64,000 nucleotides of DNA. It comes from Candidatus Krumholzibacteriota bacterium (lineage in GTDB: Bacteria; Krumholzibacteriota; Krumholzibacteriia; JAJRXK01). The notes beneath the pieces were generated by a model. It was given only the letters and a program-made list of their open reading frames with translations, did not search any database and had not been told where the DNA came from. Each line of letters opens with the position of its first letter. Within the stretch, counting starts at the first letter, position 1. The DNA is taken from assembly GCA_963806035.1 (NCBI GenBank), contig CAWDWO010000008.1:1-64000 (forward strand), written 5' to 3'. Below are positions 1-10,156 of this stretch, one piece after another. Position numbers and translations under genes: made by a program.

Positions 1-194
1 GGCGAGGGATTCTCCGTCGACGACCAGTGCATAGTTCGTGGGGCGAGCCTTGATCCCTCCACCGCCTCCCCGACTGGGGAATGGAGGCTGACGGTGAAGG
101 GCTCACGCCGCATGACGTGGCGCACCTTCTCGCTGCTCAAGATCTGCTTCAGCTGCGGCTCTGGGGAAGGGGAATTCGAATTTGTGGAGTCCAA
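1..194 (-). pseudogene. CBS-domain protein, 5' part (runs off window), 1-nt frameshift near 55-57
   Basis: Manual translation: TTG start at 194 with GGGAGG SD; KVRHVMRREPFTVSLHSPVGEAVE, then after adding one G, GIKARPTNYALVVDGESLA, a CBS-like pattern. Confidence 0.55.
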
Positions 195-426
195 GGCTAA
201 CCTCCCGCGCGCACTTACGATATAAGAAAGCAGTCTAAGCTCGTCTAGCACTGTGAGCAAGCCGACGCGGAAGAAAGCTGGCTCAGCCACGGGGGACATC
301 CCCCTGATGGCGGCCAATATAGAGCGTGGGGTGGAGAGGTAAAGCCCCGACTGATCATTTTCCGCACCGGAGCGCCGTATGCCGCGACGAATCTCCGCGG
401 TTGCAGGGGGATCCGGGCGCGAGCGG

Positions 427-3077
427 CTAGTCGTCTGTCCCTTCCCCATCTCCGGTGCGCAGCAGCGCGTTGAAGAAGAGCTTGAAGCTGGCTTCGCTCT
501 GGGCACGATGGAGTGGAGAAAAGCCGAAGAGTATGACCCTGCCCTTCTGCAGCGGAAGATCCACCAGGGCCGGCCGTCCCGCGAGATGACTCTCCCCCCG
601 CAGATAGCCCGAGACCAGCAGATCCTCGCCGGCGTAGAGCGCGGGAACCGCGATCTTCTCGGTATAGGCCTCCGGGCGGAAAGCCTCGCCGTCGTCCAAG
701 ACCACCGCGATCGAGGAGGGCATCCCCCAGCTCAAGGGCTGGGTCGGGTCGAGCTCGATTCTCAGCTGAGTCCCCGGCGCCTCGAACTCATCCGTGGAGA
801 GAAGCTCCAGTTCGGGTTGCACCGGGAGTCCGAGGGCGTGCGTGGCCCAGCGCGTGGCGCATCCCATCACGATGAGGGTTCCTCCCGCGCGTACGTACTG
901 GCTGAGCAGTGCGGCGGCGTGGCAGTCGTCCAGGCCCCCCTGGTACTCCTTGGGCCAGCTGGCGCGCGTCAAACTGGGTCCCTGTGCCTCTTTGGGTCCC
1001 ATCGAGAGGATTTCGGGCGGGATGGGTGGCAGCACGATGATCTCGTAGCTGCTTCCAAGGACCGCGCCCGGGTCGATGCGCTTGGCCAGGGCGCAAAAGT
1101 CGGCGTTGCGCAGTCGTTGGTAGGAGAAGCCGCTTCGATCCAGAATCAGCCGCATCCAGCCCTCGCCGGTGCTTCCTCCCCACGGACAGTAGAGCGCCAG
1201 AGAGGGCGCGTGCAGAGGAGCCGCATGGGAGCGGAGCGTCGCCGCGTCCATGCTCGCCCCGGGCACGGGCAGAGCGTGCGCGCCGGCCGCCATCAGCAGG
1301 GCATCCTGAGCCCGCCCATCGCGCAGCAGGAAGTCACCCTGCTGAACCCCGGCTTGCGCGTTCGCGGAAGGGTCCACGGGACTCGTCCAGCGCCAGACTT
1401 CGACTCCCTGAGCCAGGAGCCGGGCCGCCGCGACATAGCTGGCGTTGTCCCGGGCGGGCAAGCGAACTGGTCCGTCCACCGCCTCCTGCAGAGCACGCTG
1501 GGGTCGGACCACCGGCTCGGCCCGGCTGAAGTCGACAGGCTCGCCGAGGGATTCGATTCGCACCCCCAAGAGCGCGGGCAGGTTCCAGGCGGTGAGATCG
1601 TAGGGGTGAAGCGCCGCCTCGTCCGAACTCGTTCGCCGGGCGGGATACTGGGGGGGTCCAGCATCTCCATGAGGAAGGGACGAAAGGGCTGCGCTGCATC
1701 GATGAGATAGGCCCCGCGGGGATATCGTCTTCCCGCCACTTCGGCCGGACCATCGAGCCAGCGGAGCTGGATCCCCTCGTCCAGCAGCAACTCGGCCAGG
1801 CGGTGCGCGGCCCCCTCGTCGTGTTGATCCGCTCCCACCACGAATCCAAAGGGCGCTTCACTCTGTCCCCGCCGCACCGCATCCGCGTTCATCCGGTAAA
1901 AATTGAAGAGGAGCTGTTCCTTCTCGCGCGCGGCGTAGGCAAGAAGCGAGAAGCTCAGGTCCTTCTGGAGAGTGATGATGTCCCGCAGCCGCCACCAGCC
2001 GCCGGGCCAGGGGTCGAGGAAATTGGACTGGCGCGCGTACGCGGGAAGGCCGCGGCCTCCCCCGTGCAGGCTACCCGGCGCGAAATAGAGGGGCGTCGCG
2101 ATGCGCGCGCTGGCCACTTCCGAGAGCAAGCCCAGCATGTTGTGCCAGAAGCCGGTCGAGCGCACCGAGCCCGGCCATTCGGCGGTAAACATGGTGGAGT
2201 TGGTAATTCCGCGGTGGCCCTCGGCGGTGAGCTCGCTGAGCATCTGCTGACCGGCCGCCGCGAGTTGACTGTAGACCAAGGGATGGACCGTGGCCGAGAT
2301 CGGATCGTCGAAGGGTGGCAGAAAGAGGCGCGGCCCCGAGCTCCCCATTTGGTGCTCGTCGAGAATGATCTGCGGCAGCCAATCCTCGTAGATCAGGCGC
2401 GACCAGAGTGAGGTCTCCTTCAGATTGTTGAAGAAGCCGTCGCGGTTGTTGTCGTGCCCCGCATAGTGGTGGTAGAGCCAGGGGGGCGGACTGCCTTCGG
2501 CCTCGGTCCCCACCGTCTTGGCGTACCAATCGGCCACGATGTCCAGGCCGTCCGGATTCATCGAGGGCACCATGAGCACCAGGCAGTTGTCGAGTATCGA
2601 GCGCATGCGCGCATCGTCGCGGGTCGCGAACTCGTACATGATCTCCATCGAGGCCTGCGAGGCCCCCACCTCGATCGCGTGGAGACCCAGAGAGAGCGCG
2701 ACGATCACCTTGCCCTGGCGGGCCAGCTCGCGCGCCCGGATGGAATCGGTTTCCGCGACCGTATAGAGCTGGCGCACCAGCTCCTGCAGATGATCGCGTT
2801 CGGCCACCGACTCCGCGCTGCCCAGGATGACGACGATGAAGGGTTTGCCCAGAGTGCTCCGACCGAGCTCGACCACGTCCACCCGATCGCTCTGCTCGCT
2901 CAAATGATGGCTGTAGGCAACGATGCTATCCCAGTCGGCCAGCTCGCGATCCGCGCCGAGGGGATGTCCCAACCACTGGGCGGGGGACTTGATGCTCTGG
3001 TTCTGGGCACTTACGGGCGCCGCGCTGGCGCTCGCGAGCACGGCTGCCGCCAGCCAGGAAAGAAGGACTTTCAGCAT
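427..3077 (-). pseudogene. Secreted M14 zinc carboxypeptidase with C-terminal glutamine-amidotransferase-like domain; frameshift in a C7 run (probable assembly error)
   Basis: Signal peptide, GRSTLGK, HAIE Zn motif, NPDG, DNNRD, DEHQMG; adding one C at 1650-1656 joins the two ORFs and restores PYDLTAWNLPALLGV. Confidence 0.85.
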
Positions 3078-3132
3078 CGACCGAGGCGGGCGCCCGGCGG
3101 CGCCCACCACCCCCATTTCAACTACGCGCTGC

Positions 3133-5115
3133 TCAGCGCACCAGCGTCATCGATCGAGTCTGATCGACTCCATCGGCCTGGAAACGGTAGAAGTATACCC
3201 CGCTGGCGACTTGACGTCCCGTGGAGTCTACACCGTTCCAGATGGCCGAATGCGCGCCAGCCGGCTGGGGGCCGTCGAGCAGTGTCGCGATCCTGCGCCC
3301 GCGCACATCGTAGATTAAGAGATGCACGGTGGTATCGCGCGCGAGATCGAAACGGATGGTCGTGCGCGGGTTGAAGGGATTCGGGTGGTTCGCCAGAAGA
3401 CGGGTCAGCCCGGGAATCGCGGGGGCGGCAGTGCCCACGTCCTGCACCGTGGCGCTCAAATCGTAGACGAGATCATTGCGCGCGCTCGCTCCGAGAACGC
3501 CCTGCTCGTCGCGAGTCTTGAAATGTAGAGACGCGCTGTACACCAGTCCGCCCGTTACTCCGCTGTCGTCGAAGTGCACCGTGAAGTTGGCGGCGGCGCC
3601 CCCGACATCGACGGCCGAGAAAGCGGGCACGCTGAAACGCGATGCGTCGGTACCGCTAATCTGTACATCGTAGACGTTCAGCAGGGCCTGCAGAGGATCG
3701 AATCCATAGTTGTAGGCATCCACCTGGATGTCGCTGAATTCTCCCTGCGCGTGGCTGCCGAAATCGGCCGCTTCGCTGGTGACCAGCGCGTCGGAGCGCA
3801 CCGAGGGCGCCGCCGGGGAAAGCACCGTGGCCGTTGCGTTCACCTGCGCGCTGGGATCGTCCGGGGCGTTGGTGGTGAAATAGACTGGGCCCGCCAAATC
3901 GGCCGGCGAGGCGGTGACGACTCCAATGGCAGCCGAGTCGGATCCCCCCGCCACCACGCTCGAGCTACCACCGGGCGCGGTGAAGCCCACGCTGGCGATC
4001 ACGCTGTAGTTCAGGTCGTCAGAGGGAATGGGCGCCGGATTGCTCACGCCCAAGAGGATCTGTGGGGCGCTTCCCACCAGGACGCGGCCGAAGTTGAGGG
4101 TCCCCGTGATCTGCAGTTTGGCCGGCATCTGCAGTTCCAGATAGAGCGGCAAGTGGTCCGAGCCCCGGAAGAGGGCGTTGGCGATGGTCGCTCCCTCGGG
4201 AATGGTGGGAGAGTCGGTGATGTTCTTGTTGAAGTGGTTTCCGTCCTGCCCATAGGTGGTGTAGGTGCCGTTCAGGTAGGCGACTCCCGCCCCGTCCAGC
4301 ATGTCGTCGTTCGCCAGAAGGAAATCGAAACGGTCATCCAGCCCGCCGGTGCTGCCCCCGTCACCCAAATTGTCCAGCCGAGGCGACTGGGAATGCACGT
4401 CCGCAAAAGTTGAATTGTTGTGCCAGTCTCCCACGCGATTGATCGGGTCGAAGAGACGTCCGTCATTGTCGCTCAGGCTACCGGTCAATTCGTCCCAGGC
4501 CGGTTCGGAACTGGCCGAATAGAAGTTGAAATCGCCCCCCACCAGGAAGTGGCTTCCCGCCGGAAGAGAGTTCAGATGATTGCGCAGGATGGTGGCCTCG
4601 GCCAGTCGCTTCTGCTCGTTGTCGCTTCCCGAGCTGGCTTTCAAGTGCACGGCGTAAATGCGGAACTCCGAGGCACTCGCGCTGTAGCCGTCGGGTTTGA
4701 AGGCCCAGCCGTTGATGTCTCGCAGCGCGGTGGAGAGGGTCACCATGCTCTGATAGTTCAGGGAGCTCGTTCGATAGTAACAGGCATTTTCCGTGTCCGG
4801 ACCCTCCACGAAGGGAGCCATGCTCCACTGCCCCGGTTCGATGGTGTTGAGGACGTTGTCCAGGAAGTACTGCGCGCCATCCGATCCGATGATCTCCTCC
4901 GCGATCATGAGATCCGGGTGGATGGCGGTGAGTACGGTCTGCACGTATCCGACCCTAGAAGACAGATTGCTCGGGGAAGCGTTCAAGACGTTCCACGAGA
5001 CCACCCGCAGGGCCGCGGCAGGAGACGCGAAAAGGGTCAAAATCAACGACAATGCGAGGGTACGCGAAATCACGGACGCCTTGAGGCGCCCGGGGAGCCA
5101 GCTGAGGGGAGGCAT
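3133..5115 (-). CDS. Secreted endonuclease/exonuclease/phosphatase (EEP) protein with Ig-like domains and C-terminal FlgD-Ig domain
   Basis: VSWNVLN, EE, HLKA, GGDFN and SDHLP EEP motifs; C-terminal NHPNPFNPRTTIRF...IYDVRGR...SGVYFYR; SD before ATG 5115. Confidence 0.85.
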   Translation of the reverse strand: MPPLSWLPGRLKASVISRTLALSLILTLFASPAAALRVVSWNVLNASPSNLSSRVGYVQTVLTAIHPDLMIAEEIIGSDGAQYFLDNVLNTIEPGQWSMAPFVEGPDTENACYYRTSSLNYQSMVTLSTALRDINGWAFKPDGYSASASEFRIYAVHLKASSGSDNEQKRLAEATILRNHLNSLPAGSHFLVGGDFNFYSASSEPAWDELTGSLSDNDGRLFDPINRVGDWHNNSTFADVHSQSPRLDNLGDGGSTGGLDDRFDFLLANDDMLDGAGVAYLNGTYTTYGQDGNHFNKNITDSPTIPEGATIANALFRGSDHLPLYLELQMPAKLQITGTLNFGRVLVGSAPQILLGVSNPAPIPSDDLNYSVIASVGFTAPGGSSSVVAGGSDSAAIGVVTASPADLAGPVYFTTNAPDDPSAQVNATATVLSPAAPSVRSDALVTSEAADFGSHAQGEFSDIQVDAYNYGFDPLQALLNVYDVQISGTDASRFSVPAFSAVDVGGAAANFTVHFDDSGVTGGLVYSASLHFKTRDEQGVLGASARNDLVYDLSATVQDVGTAAPAIPGLTRLLANHPNPFNPRTTIRFDLARDTTVHLLIYDVRGRRIATLLDGPQPAGAHSAIWNGVDSTGRQVASGVYFYRFQADGVDQTRSMTLVR

Positions 5116-5343
5116 TCGGACTGTCCTTTCTCGAAGTTGCAAATTCAGGCCTACGCCGATACAAAGATAATAGCAGATGGCTTGGTCGCGAAGGGAATTG
5201 AGAGGCGAGCGGAACGCACGCCAGCTCCCTGGCGCCCGAACCGCAGCACCTGAGTCCGGCGCAACTGAGAGCGGGGAGGATCCGTAGTCCTCCCTCAGGG
5301 TAGATCCTGCCTCTTTCAGCCCTCATCCCACGGAGCCTCTGCC

Positions 5344-6363
5344 ATGCGTAGAGCCAGCAAAGTCGCCCTCGGCTGCCTCCTCTCCCCTCTCGCTCTCTTG
5401 GTCATCGCGCTCATTTTCGTGTTGAGCGCGCGCATGAGCGGAGTGCCGGAGCCCTCGATGGTCGACACCGAGCTGGGCCAGAAAGTGCCGACGGAACTGT
5501 CCGCCCCAAATCCTTCCACCAACAGAACTCGACTGGAACGTAGAGAAACCGCAGAGCCCAATGAGGAAGCGCGAACACCCGAAAATACGGTGCGCGTGGT
5601 GATCGAACTGGAAGAGGCCGAGTTCCACATCGAGCCTCAGCCGGCCAAGGACGGCATCAAGGTGGAGGCCAAGTACGATGAGTCGAGCTACGACCTGGTG
5701 CAGAACTACGGCGTGGACAAGGACGGGACTCCCACCTATCACCTCTCGTTCAAGGCCCGTATCCACTGGCTGAAGAGAGTCTTGGCCAGCGGGGACTTCA
5801 CCGATGATGACCATCCCGACAACCGGATCGCGGTGCGTCTGCCAGTCGATACCCCCATGGAACTGCAAATTTCTCTCGCCAAAGGGCAGGGCAAGATCGA
5901 CCTCACGAATCTGGCTCTGAGCAAGCTGACGACCAAGCTCACGATGGGTGAGTACCAGATGGACGTCGATCGTTCCAATTCACTGGATATGAGCCGATTC
6001 AGCTTGGAAGGAAAGATGGGCGAATTCGAAATCAACGGGGTTTCGAGGCTGGCGGCGCGCAGCATTCTCATCGTGGGAGGAATGGGCGAGATGAGAGTCC
6101 ACTTTGGTGGGCCGCTCCTGCGCGACTCCTCCCTGGTCACGAACATGAGGATGGGTGAGATGTCGCTCCGGCTCCCCGACAATGCCGTATGGGATGGAGA
6201 CGGCAAGGCGGTATTCGGTGAGGTCACAGGCGGTGAAGGCCAGGGGGAAATCAGCGATCCCGAGGGTCCACGGCTGAGCTACCGTTCACGCGTCTCCTTC
6301 GGGGAACTCAGCATCTTCCCCTACCACGTCGAGACGCCTTCCCTCGAGCAGCGCCGCGACTGA
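5344..6363 (+). CDS. Membrane-anchored hypothetical protein with LiaF/toast-rack-like beta-repeat domain
   Basis: N-terminal TM helix; repeated xxMGEx beta-strand units. Confidence 0.55.
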   Translation: MRRASKVALGCLLSPLALLVIALIFVLSARMSGVPEPSMVDTELGQKVPTELSAPNPSTNRTRLERRETAEPNEEARTPENTVRVVIELEEAEFHIEPQPAKDGIKVEAKYDESSYDLVQNYGVDKDGTPTYHLSFKARIHWLKRVLASGDFTDDDHPDNRIAVRLPVDTPMELQISLAKGQGKIDLTNLALSKLTTKLTMGEYQMDVDRSNSLDMSRFSLEGKMGEFEINGVSRLAARSILIVGGMGEMRVHFGGPLLRDSSLVTNMRMGEMSLRLPDNAVWDGDGKAVFGEVTGGEGQGEISDPEGPRLSYRSRVSFGELSIFPYHVETPSLEQRRD

Positions 6364-6364
6364 T

Positions 6365-7183
6365 TCAAGAAGAGCGATAAAATTCGTGGAAATGGTGCAG
6401 GGGCCCGTGGCCTCCTCCCAGAGCGGATGCGCTCTTCATTGCTTCGGTCACGAATTCTTTGGCCTTTTGGATTGCCTCGCAGAGCTTCAAGCCGCGCGCC
6501 AAGTGGGCGGCGATCGCCGAGGAGAGCGTGCAACCCGTGCCGTGAGTGCTGCTGGTTTGTATCCGCGGAGCGGAGAAGACCCGAAATTTTTGGCCGTCGA
6601 AGAAAAGATCGTCGGCTCGGCTCCCTTCCGCGTGTCCTCCTTTGATCAGAACCGCCTTCGGCCCGAACTTCATGAGCTCGCGCGCGGCAATCTCCAGTTC
6701 CTGCATGCCCGCGGGAATGGCTCGTCCCAAGAGCGCCTCGGCTTCGGGAAGGTTGGGCGTCACGAGGGTTGCCAGAGGGAAGAGGAGCTTCTCTAGAGTT
6801 TCGAGCGCGTCCGGAGGAAGCAACACGCCACGGCTTTGGGCGTTGAGGACGGGATCGACCACCACCGGAGCCGAATTCAGCTCGGCCAGGCTCGCCGCCA
6901 CCGTCTCCGCGATCTCCCGAGATCCGAGCATGCCGGTCTTCACCGCCGCCACCGGGAAGTCGTCGTAAACCGCGCGGATCTGCTCGCGGACGCTCTCACA
7001 GGAGGCCAGCTGGATGTGACGTACTTCCCTGGTGTTCTGCGCGGTCAGGGCGGTGACCGCGAATACGCCGTGCGCGCGCAGGGCGGAGAAAGTCCGCAGG
7101 TCGGCCTGCAACCCGGCGCCCCCTCCACTATCGCTGCCGGCGATGCTCAGAACGACGGGAAGCGGCCTGGTGGCGGAGTCCAT
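6365..7183 (-). CDS. thiD: Hydroxymethylpyrimidine/phosphomethylpyrimidine kinase
   Basis: IAGSDSGGGAGLQADL, KTGML, TPNLPEA, THGTGCTLS. Confidence 0.95.
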   Translation of the reverse strand: MDSATRPLPVVLSIAGSDSGGGAGLQADLRTFSALRAHGVFAVTALTAQNTREVRHIQLASCESVREQIRAVYDDFPVAAVKTGMLGSREIAETVAASLAELNSAPVVVDPVLNAQSRGVLLPPDALETLEKLLFPLATLVTPNLPEAEALLGRAIPAGMQELEIAARELMKFGPKAVLIKGGHAEGSRADDLFFDGQKFRVFSAPRIQTSSTHGTGCTLSSAIAAHLARGLKLCEAIQKAKEFVTEAMKSASALGGGHGPLHHFHEFYRSS

Positions 7184-8202
7184 CAGATCCGTCCCACGAG
7201 ATGCGTCCCCGCGCGTCCTTCCAGCGCCTCGGCCAGATTTTGCGGATCGGTGATGAGTCCGCGGACGCCGCCCGATTTCAAGAAGTGGATCACTGCATCG
7301 ATCTTGGGGCCCATGCTGCCGGCGGGAAAGTTGCCCTCCTCACGCAGGCGTTCGATCTCCTGCAAGGTCACCGCGCCGAGGGGACGCTGGTTCTTGCTGC
7401 CGAATCCGGCGTACACCTGCGGCACTGCGGTGAGGATGATCAACAGCTCGGCTCCGATCTGGCTGCCGAGTACGCTCGAGGTGAGGTCCTTGTCGATGAC
7501 CGCCTCCATGCCCTTGTAAGCGCGCGTGCCCTTCTCCTCGGTGATGGGAATGCCACCGCCTCCGCAGGCGAGGACGATGTGACCCTTGCTGGCGGCATCC
7601 CGGATCATGTGCCGCTGGATCACCTTCAAGGGACGCGGGGAGGGTACGACACGACGCCAGCCGCGGCCGGAGTCTTCGCGCACCGTCCAGCCCAGTTCCT
7701 TGGCACGCCGCTTGGCCTCCTCTTCGCTCAGGAAAGGGCCGATGGGTTTGGTGGGCTTGTTGAAGGCCTCGTCGTTCTCGTCCACCAGGACCTGGGTGAC
7801 CACCGTGACCACGTAGCGTCCGATGTCCCGGCTGCGCAGCTGGTTGAGAAGCGCCTGTTGCAGAATGTAGCCCAAAGAGCCTTCGGTCTGCGCCACGAGC
7901 ACGTCCAGGGGCATCGGGGCCACTTCGGGCTGGGCGGCTTCCTGCTGGAGGAGGAGACTCCCCACCTGGGGCCCGTTCCCGTGCGTGATCACCAGCTCGT
8001 ACCCGCGTTCCACCAGGGTCATCAGTTTGTCGCAGAGAGCGAAAGCGCAGCGCTCATGCTCCTCGATCGTGCCCTTCCCGCCCGGTTCCATGAAGGCGTG
8101 CCCACCCACCGCGACCAGGGCGATCGGACGTCCGCGCTCCGACGACTCGCCCTTGGCGAAGCGGACGCTCTGCTGCGTATCTTTTGAGTAGTGCTCTGCC
8201 AT
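7183..8202 (-). CDS. arcC: Carbamate kinase
   Basis: ITHGNGPQVG, PTKPIGPF, GWRRVVPSP, AVIDKD, GSMGPK; GGAGG SD before ATG 8202. Confidence 0.93.
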   Translation of the reverse strand: MAEHYSKDTQQSVRFAKGESSERGRPIALVAVGGHAFMEPGGKGTIEEHERCAFALCDKLMTLVERGYELVITHGNGPQVGSLLLQQEAAQPEVAPMPLDVLVAQTEGSLGYILQQALLNQLRSRDIGRYVVTVVTQVLVDENDEAFNKPTKPIGPFLSEEEAKRRAKELGWTVREDSGRGWRRVVPSPRPLKVIQRHMIRDAASKGHIVLACGGGGIPITEEKGTRAYKGMEAVIDKDLTSSVLGSQIGAELLIILTAVPQVYAGFGSKNQRPLGAVTLQEIERLREEGNFPAGSMGPKIDAVIHFLKSGGVRGLITDPQNLAEALEGRAGTHLVGRI

Positions 8203-8373
8203 ATTCACTTGCCTCCAAGGGCCCCTGGGAGAGATCAAACAGTGTAGCGTCTATCCGAGCGGGGGTGAAACTCCAAGTATGGATGCCGAATTGCGCAAAC
8301 CAAGGACCTTGCCCCGAGTGATCGATTGCACTTTCATGGCGTTGGTATCGGAATTTGCCGCGAGGAACGCAAG

Positions 8374-9495
8374 ATGAGCCCTGATTCCCAACTGGCGGAA
8401 CTCCTCTCCAAGGAGACGGTCGAGGCCGCTTCGGCACTGGTGGAAGAACTCGAGGGCGGCCGGCTACGCTGTCTGGCCTGCGGCCACCGCTGTCGCTTAT
8501 CCAAGAGTCGTGCCGGAGTGTGCCGCGTACGTTTCCTCCAGAATGGCGAGCTGCGGGTTCCTTACGGTTACGTACACGCCCTCGCGCTCGATCCAATCGA
8601 GAAGAAGCCTTTCTACCACGTCTTGCCCGGCGAGACAGCCCTCAGTTTCGGCATGCTGGGCTGCGATCTCCACTGTGGCTACTGTCAGAACTGGATCAGC
8701 TCCCAGACTCTGCGCGATGAGAATGCAGTGGCCAGCTTTCAGGAGTGCACTCCGCGGCAGATCGTGGACGCGGCGCGCGGTGCCCACAGCCGCGTGGTGA
8801 TCAGCACCTATAACGAGCCACTGATCACGGCCGAATGGGCGGCCGCGGTCTTCGACGAGGCGAAGGAAGAGGGCATGCTCACCGGCTTCGTGAGCAACGG
8901 CAACGCCACGCCACAGGTGCTCGACTACCTGCGCCCCCGACTCGATCTGTACAAGGTCGACCTGAAAAGTTTTCGGGATGCGAACTACCGGGAACTCGGC
9001 GGCACTCTGAAGGCAGTACTCAACACCCTCGAAAATTTGAAAGCGAGGGGATTCTGGGTCGAGGTGGTCACTCTGCTGGTTCCTCAGTTCAACGATAGTG
9101 AGGATGAAATCCGCGAGATGGCGCGCTTCTTGGCCGAACTCGACCGCGATCTGCCCTGGCATTTGACCGCGTTTCATCCCGACTATCGAATGAACGACCG
9201 CGCATCGACTTCTTTGGAACTCCTGGACCGCGCCTATCAACTCGCGCGCACCGAAGGGCTGCGTTACGTGTACCTGGGCAACCTGGGATCGACCCGGGAC
9301 GATCGGGAATCGACCTTCTGCCCGAGCTGCGGAAGCACTCTCATCTCGCGCAAAGGGTTCTCCGTATTGAAGAATTCCTTGGGCACAGCCGGGGGCAATG
9401 AGGGCACTTGTTCGGGCTGTGGACAGGCGATTCCCGGGGTTTGGAACTGGCCGGCAATCGAAGGAAGCCAAGCCGGCGGCTTCGCGTTACACTAG
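8374..9495 (+). CDS. amrS: AmmeMemoRadiSam system radical SAM enzyme
   Basis: N-terminal CxxCxHxC..CxVR, DPIEKKPFYH, CDLHCGYC radical SAM motif, YNEP, C-terminal Zn ribbon. Confidence 0.9.
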   Translation: MSPDSQLAELLSKETVEAASALVEELEGGRLRCLACGHRCRLSKSRAGVCRVRFLQNGELRVPYGYVHALALDPIEKKPFYHVLPGETALSFGMLGCDLHCGYCQNWISSQTLRDENAVASFQECTPRQIVDAARGAHSRVVISTYNEPLITAEWAAAVFDEAKEEGMLTGFVSNGNATPQVLDYLRPRLDLYKVDLKSFRDANYRELGGTLKAVLNTLENLKARGFWVEVVTLLVPQFNDSEDEIREMARFLAELDRDLPWHLTAFHPDYRMNDRASTSLELLDRAYQLARTEGLRYVYLGNLGSTRDDRESTFCPSCGSTLISRKGFSVLKNSLGTAGGNEGTCSGCGQAIPGVWNWPAIEGSQAGGFALH

Positions 9496-9550
9496 ACAGG
9501 CGAGCCCGGACCGGAGCCGGGTGAAATTCCCTGACTCTCAAAGGAAGGTC

Positions 9551-10111
9551 ATGAGCACCGAGGCACAGATTCCCATCCACGTTCAGGGAACTCCCAATCC
9601 ACGCAGTATGAAGTTTCTCACCGAGCGCACGCTTCTGCCCACCGGGAGCGCGGATTTTCGCGACCCCCAAGCGGCGCTGCGCTCACCTCTGGCCCAGAGA
9701 GTCTTCGACATCGATGGCGTCGAGGGAGTCTTCGTGAGTCAGAACCTGGTCACGGTCACCGCGAACGCGGATGGTCTCTGGGAGGAAATGACTCCCCGGG
9801 TTTCCGAAGCGATTCGTGAATTCCTGCGCTCGGGTGAGCCGGCGGTTCCCGGCGGACACGACGGACACGCCGAAGGCGAGGGAGCGATCGTTGGTCGCAT
9901 CAAGGAGATCCTGGACGACCAGATCCGTCCCGCAGTCGCCATGGATGGCGGCGACGTGGTCTTCGTGGATTATCGCGAGGGTGTCGTCTACCTGAAAATG
10001 CAGGGGGCATGTGGCGGTTGCCCGAGTTCCACCATGACGCTCAAGCAAGGCATCGAGGCGCGGCTGCGTCATTTCATTCCCGAAATCAGCTCGGTGGAAG
10101 CCGTTCTCTAG
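9551..10111 (+). CDS. Nfu/NifU-type Fe-S cluster carrier
   Basis: TPNPRSMKF N-domain; IRPAVAMDGGD and GACGGCPSS C-domain. Confidence 0.92.
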   Translation: MSTEAQIPIHVQGTPNPRSMKFLTERTLLPTGSADFRDPQAALRSPLAQRVFDIDGVEGVFVSQNLVTVTANADGLWEEMTPRVSEAIREFLRSGEPAVPGGHDGHAEGEGAIVGRIKEILDDQIRPAVAMDGGDVVFVDYREGVVYLKMQGACGGCPSSTMTLKQGIEARLRHFIPEISSVEAVL

Positions 10112-10156
10112 GAAAGGGTGTACATGCCCGGCCCCGTACCGAGGCTCTGAAGCCAC

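Noticed and set aside
195..426. Hairpin GGGGGA-ca-TCCCCC and possible leader RNA upstream of the CBS gene
   Set aside because: No recognisable riboswitch or ncRNA features; an isolated stem is insufficient
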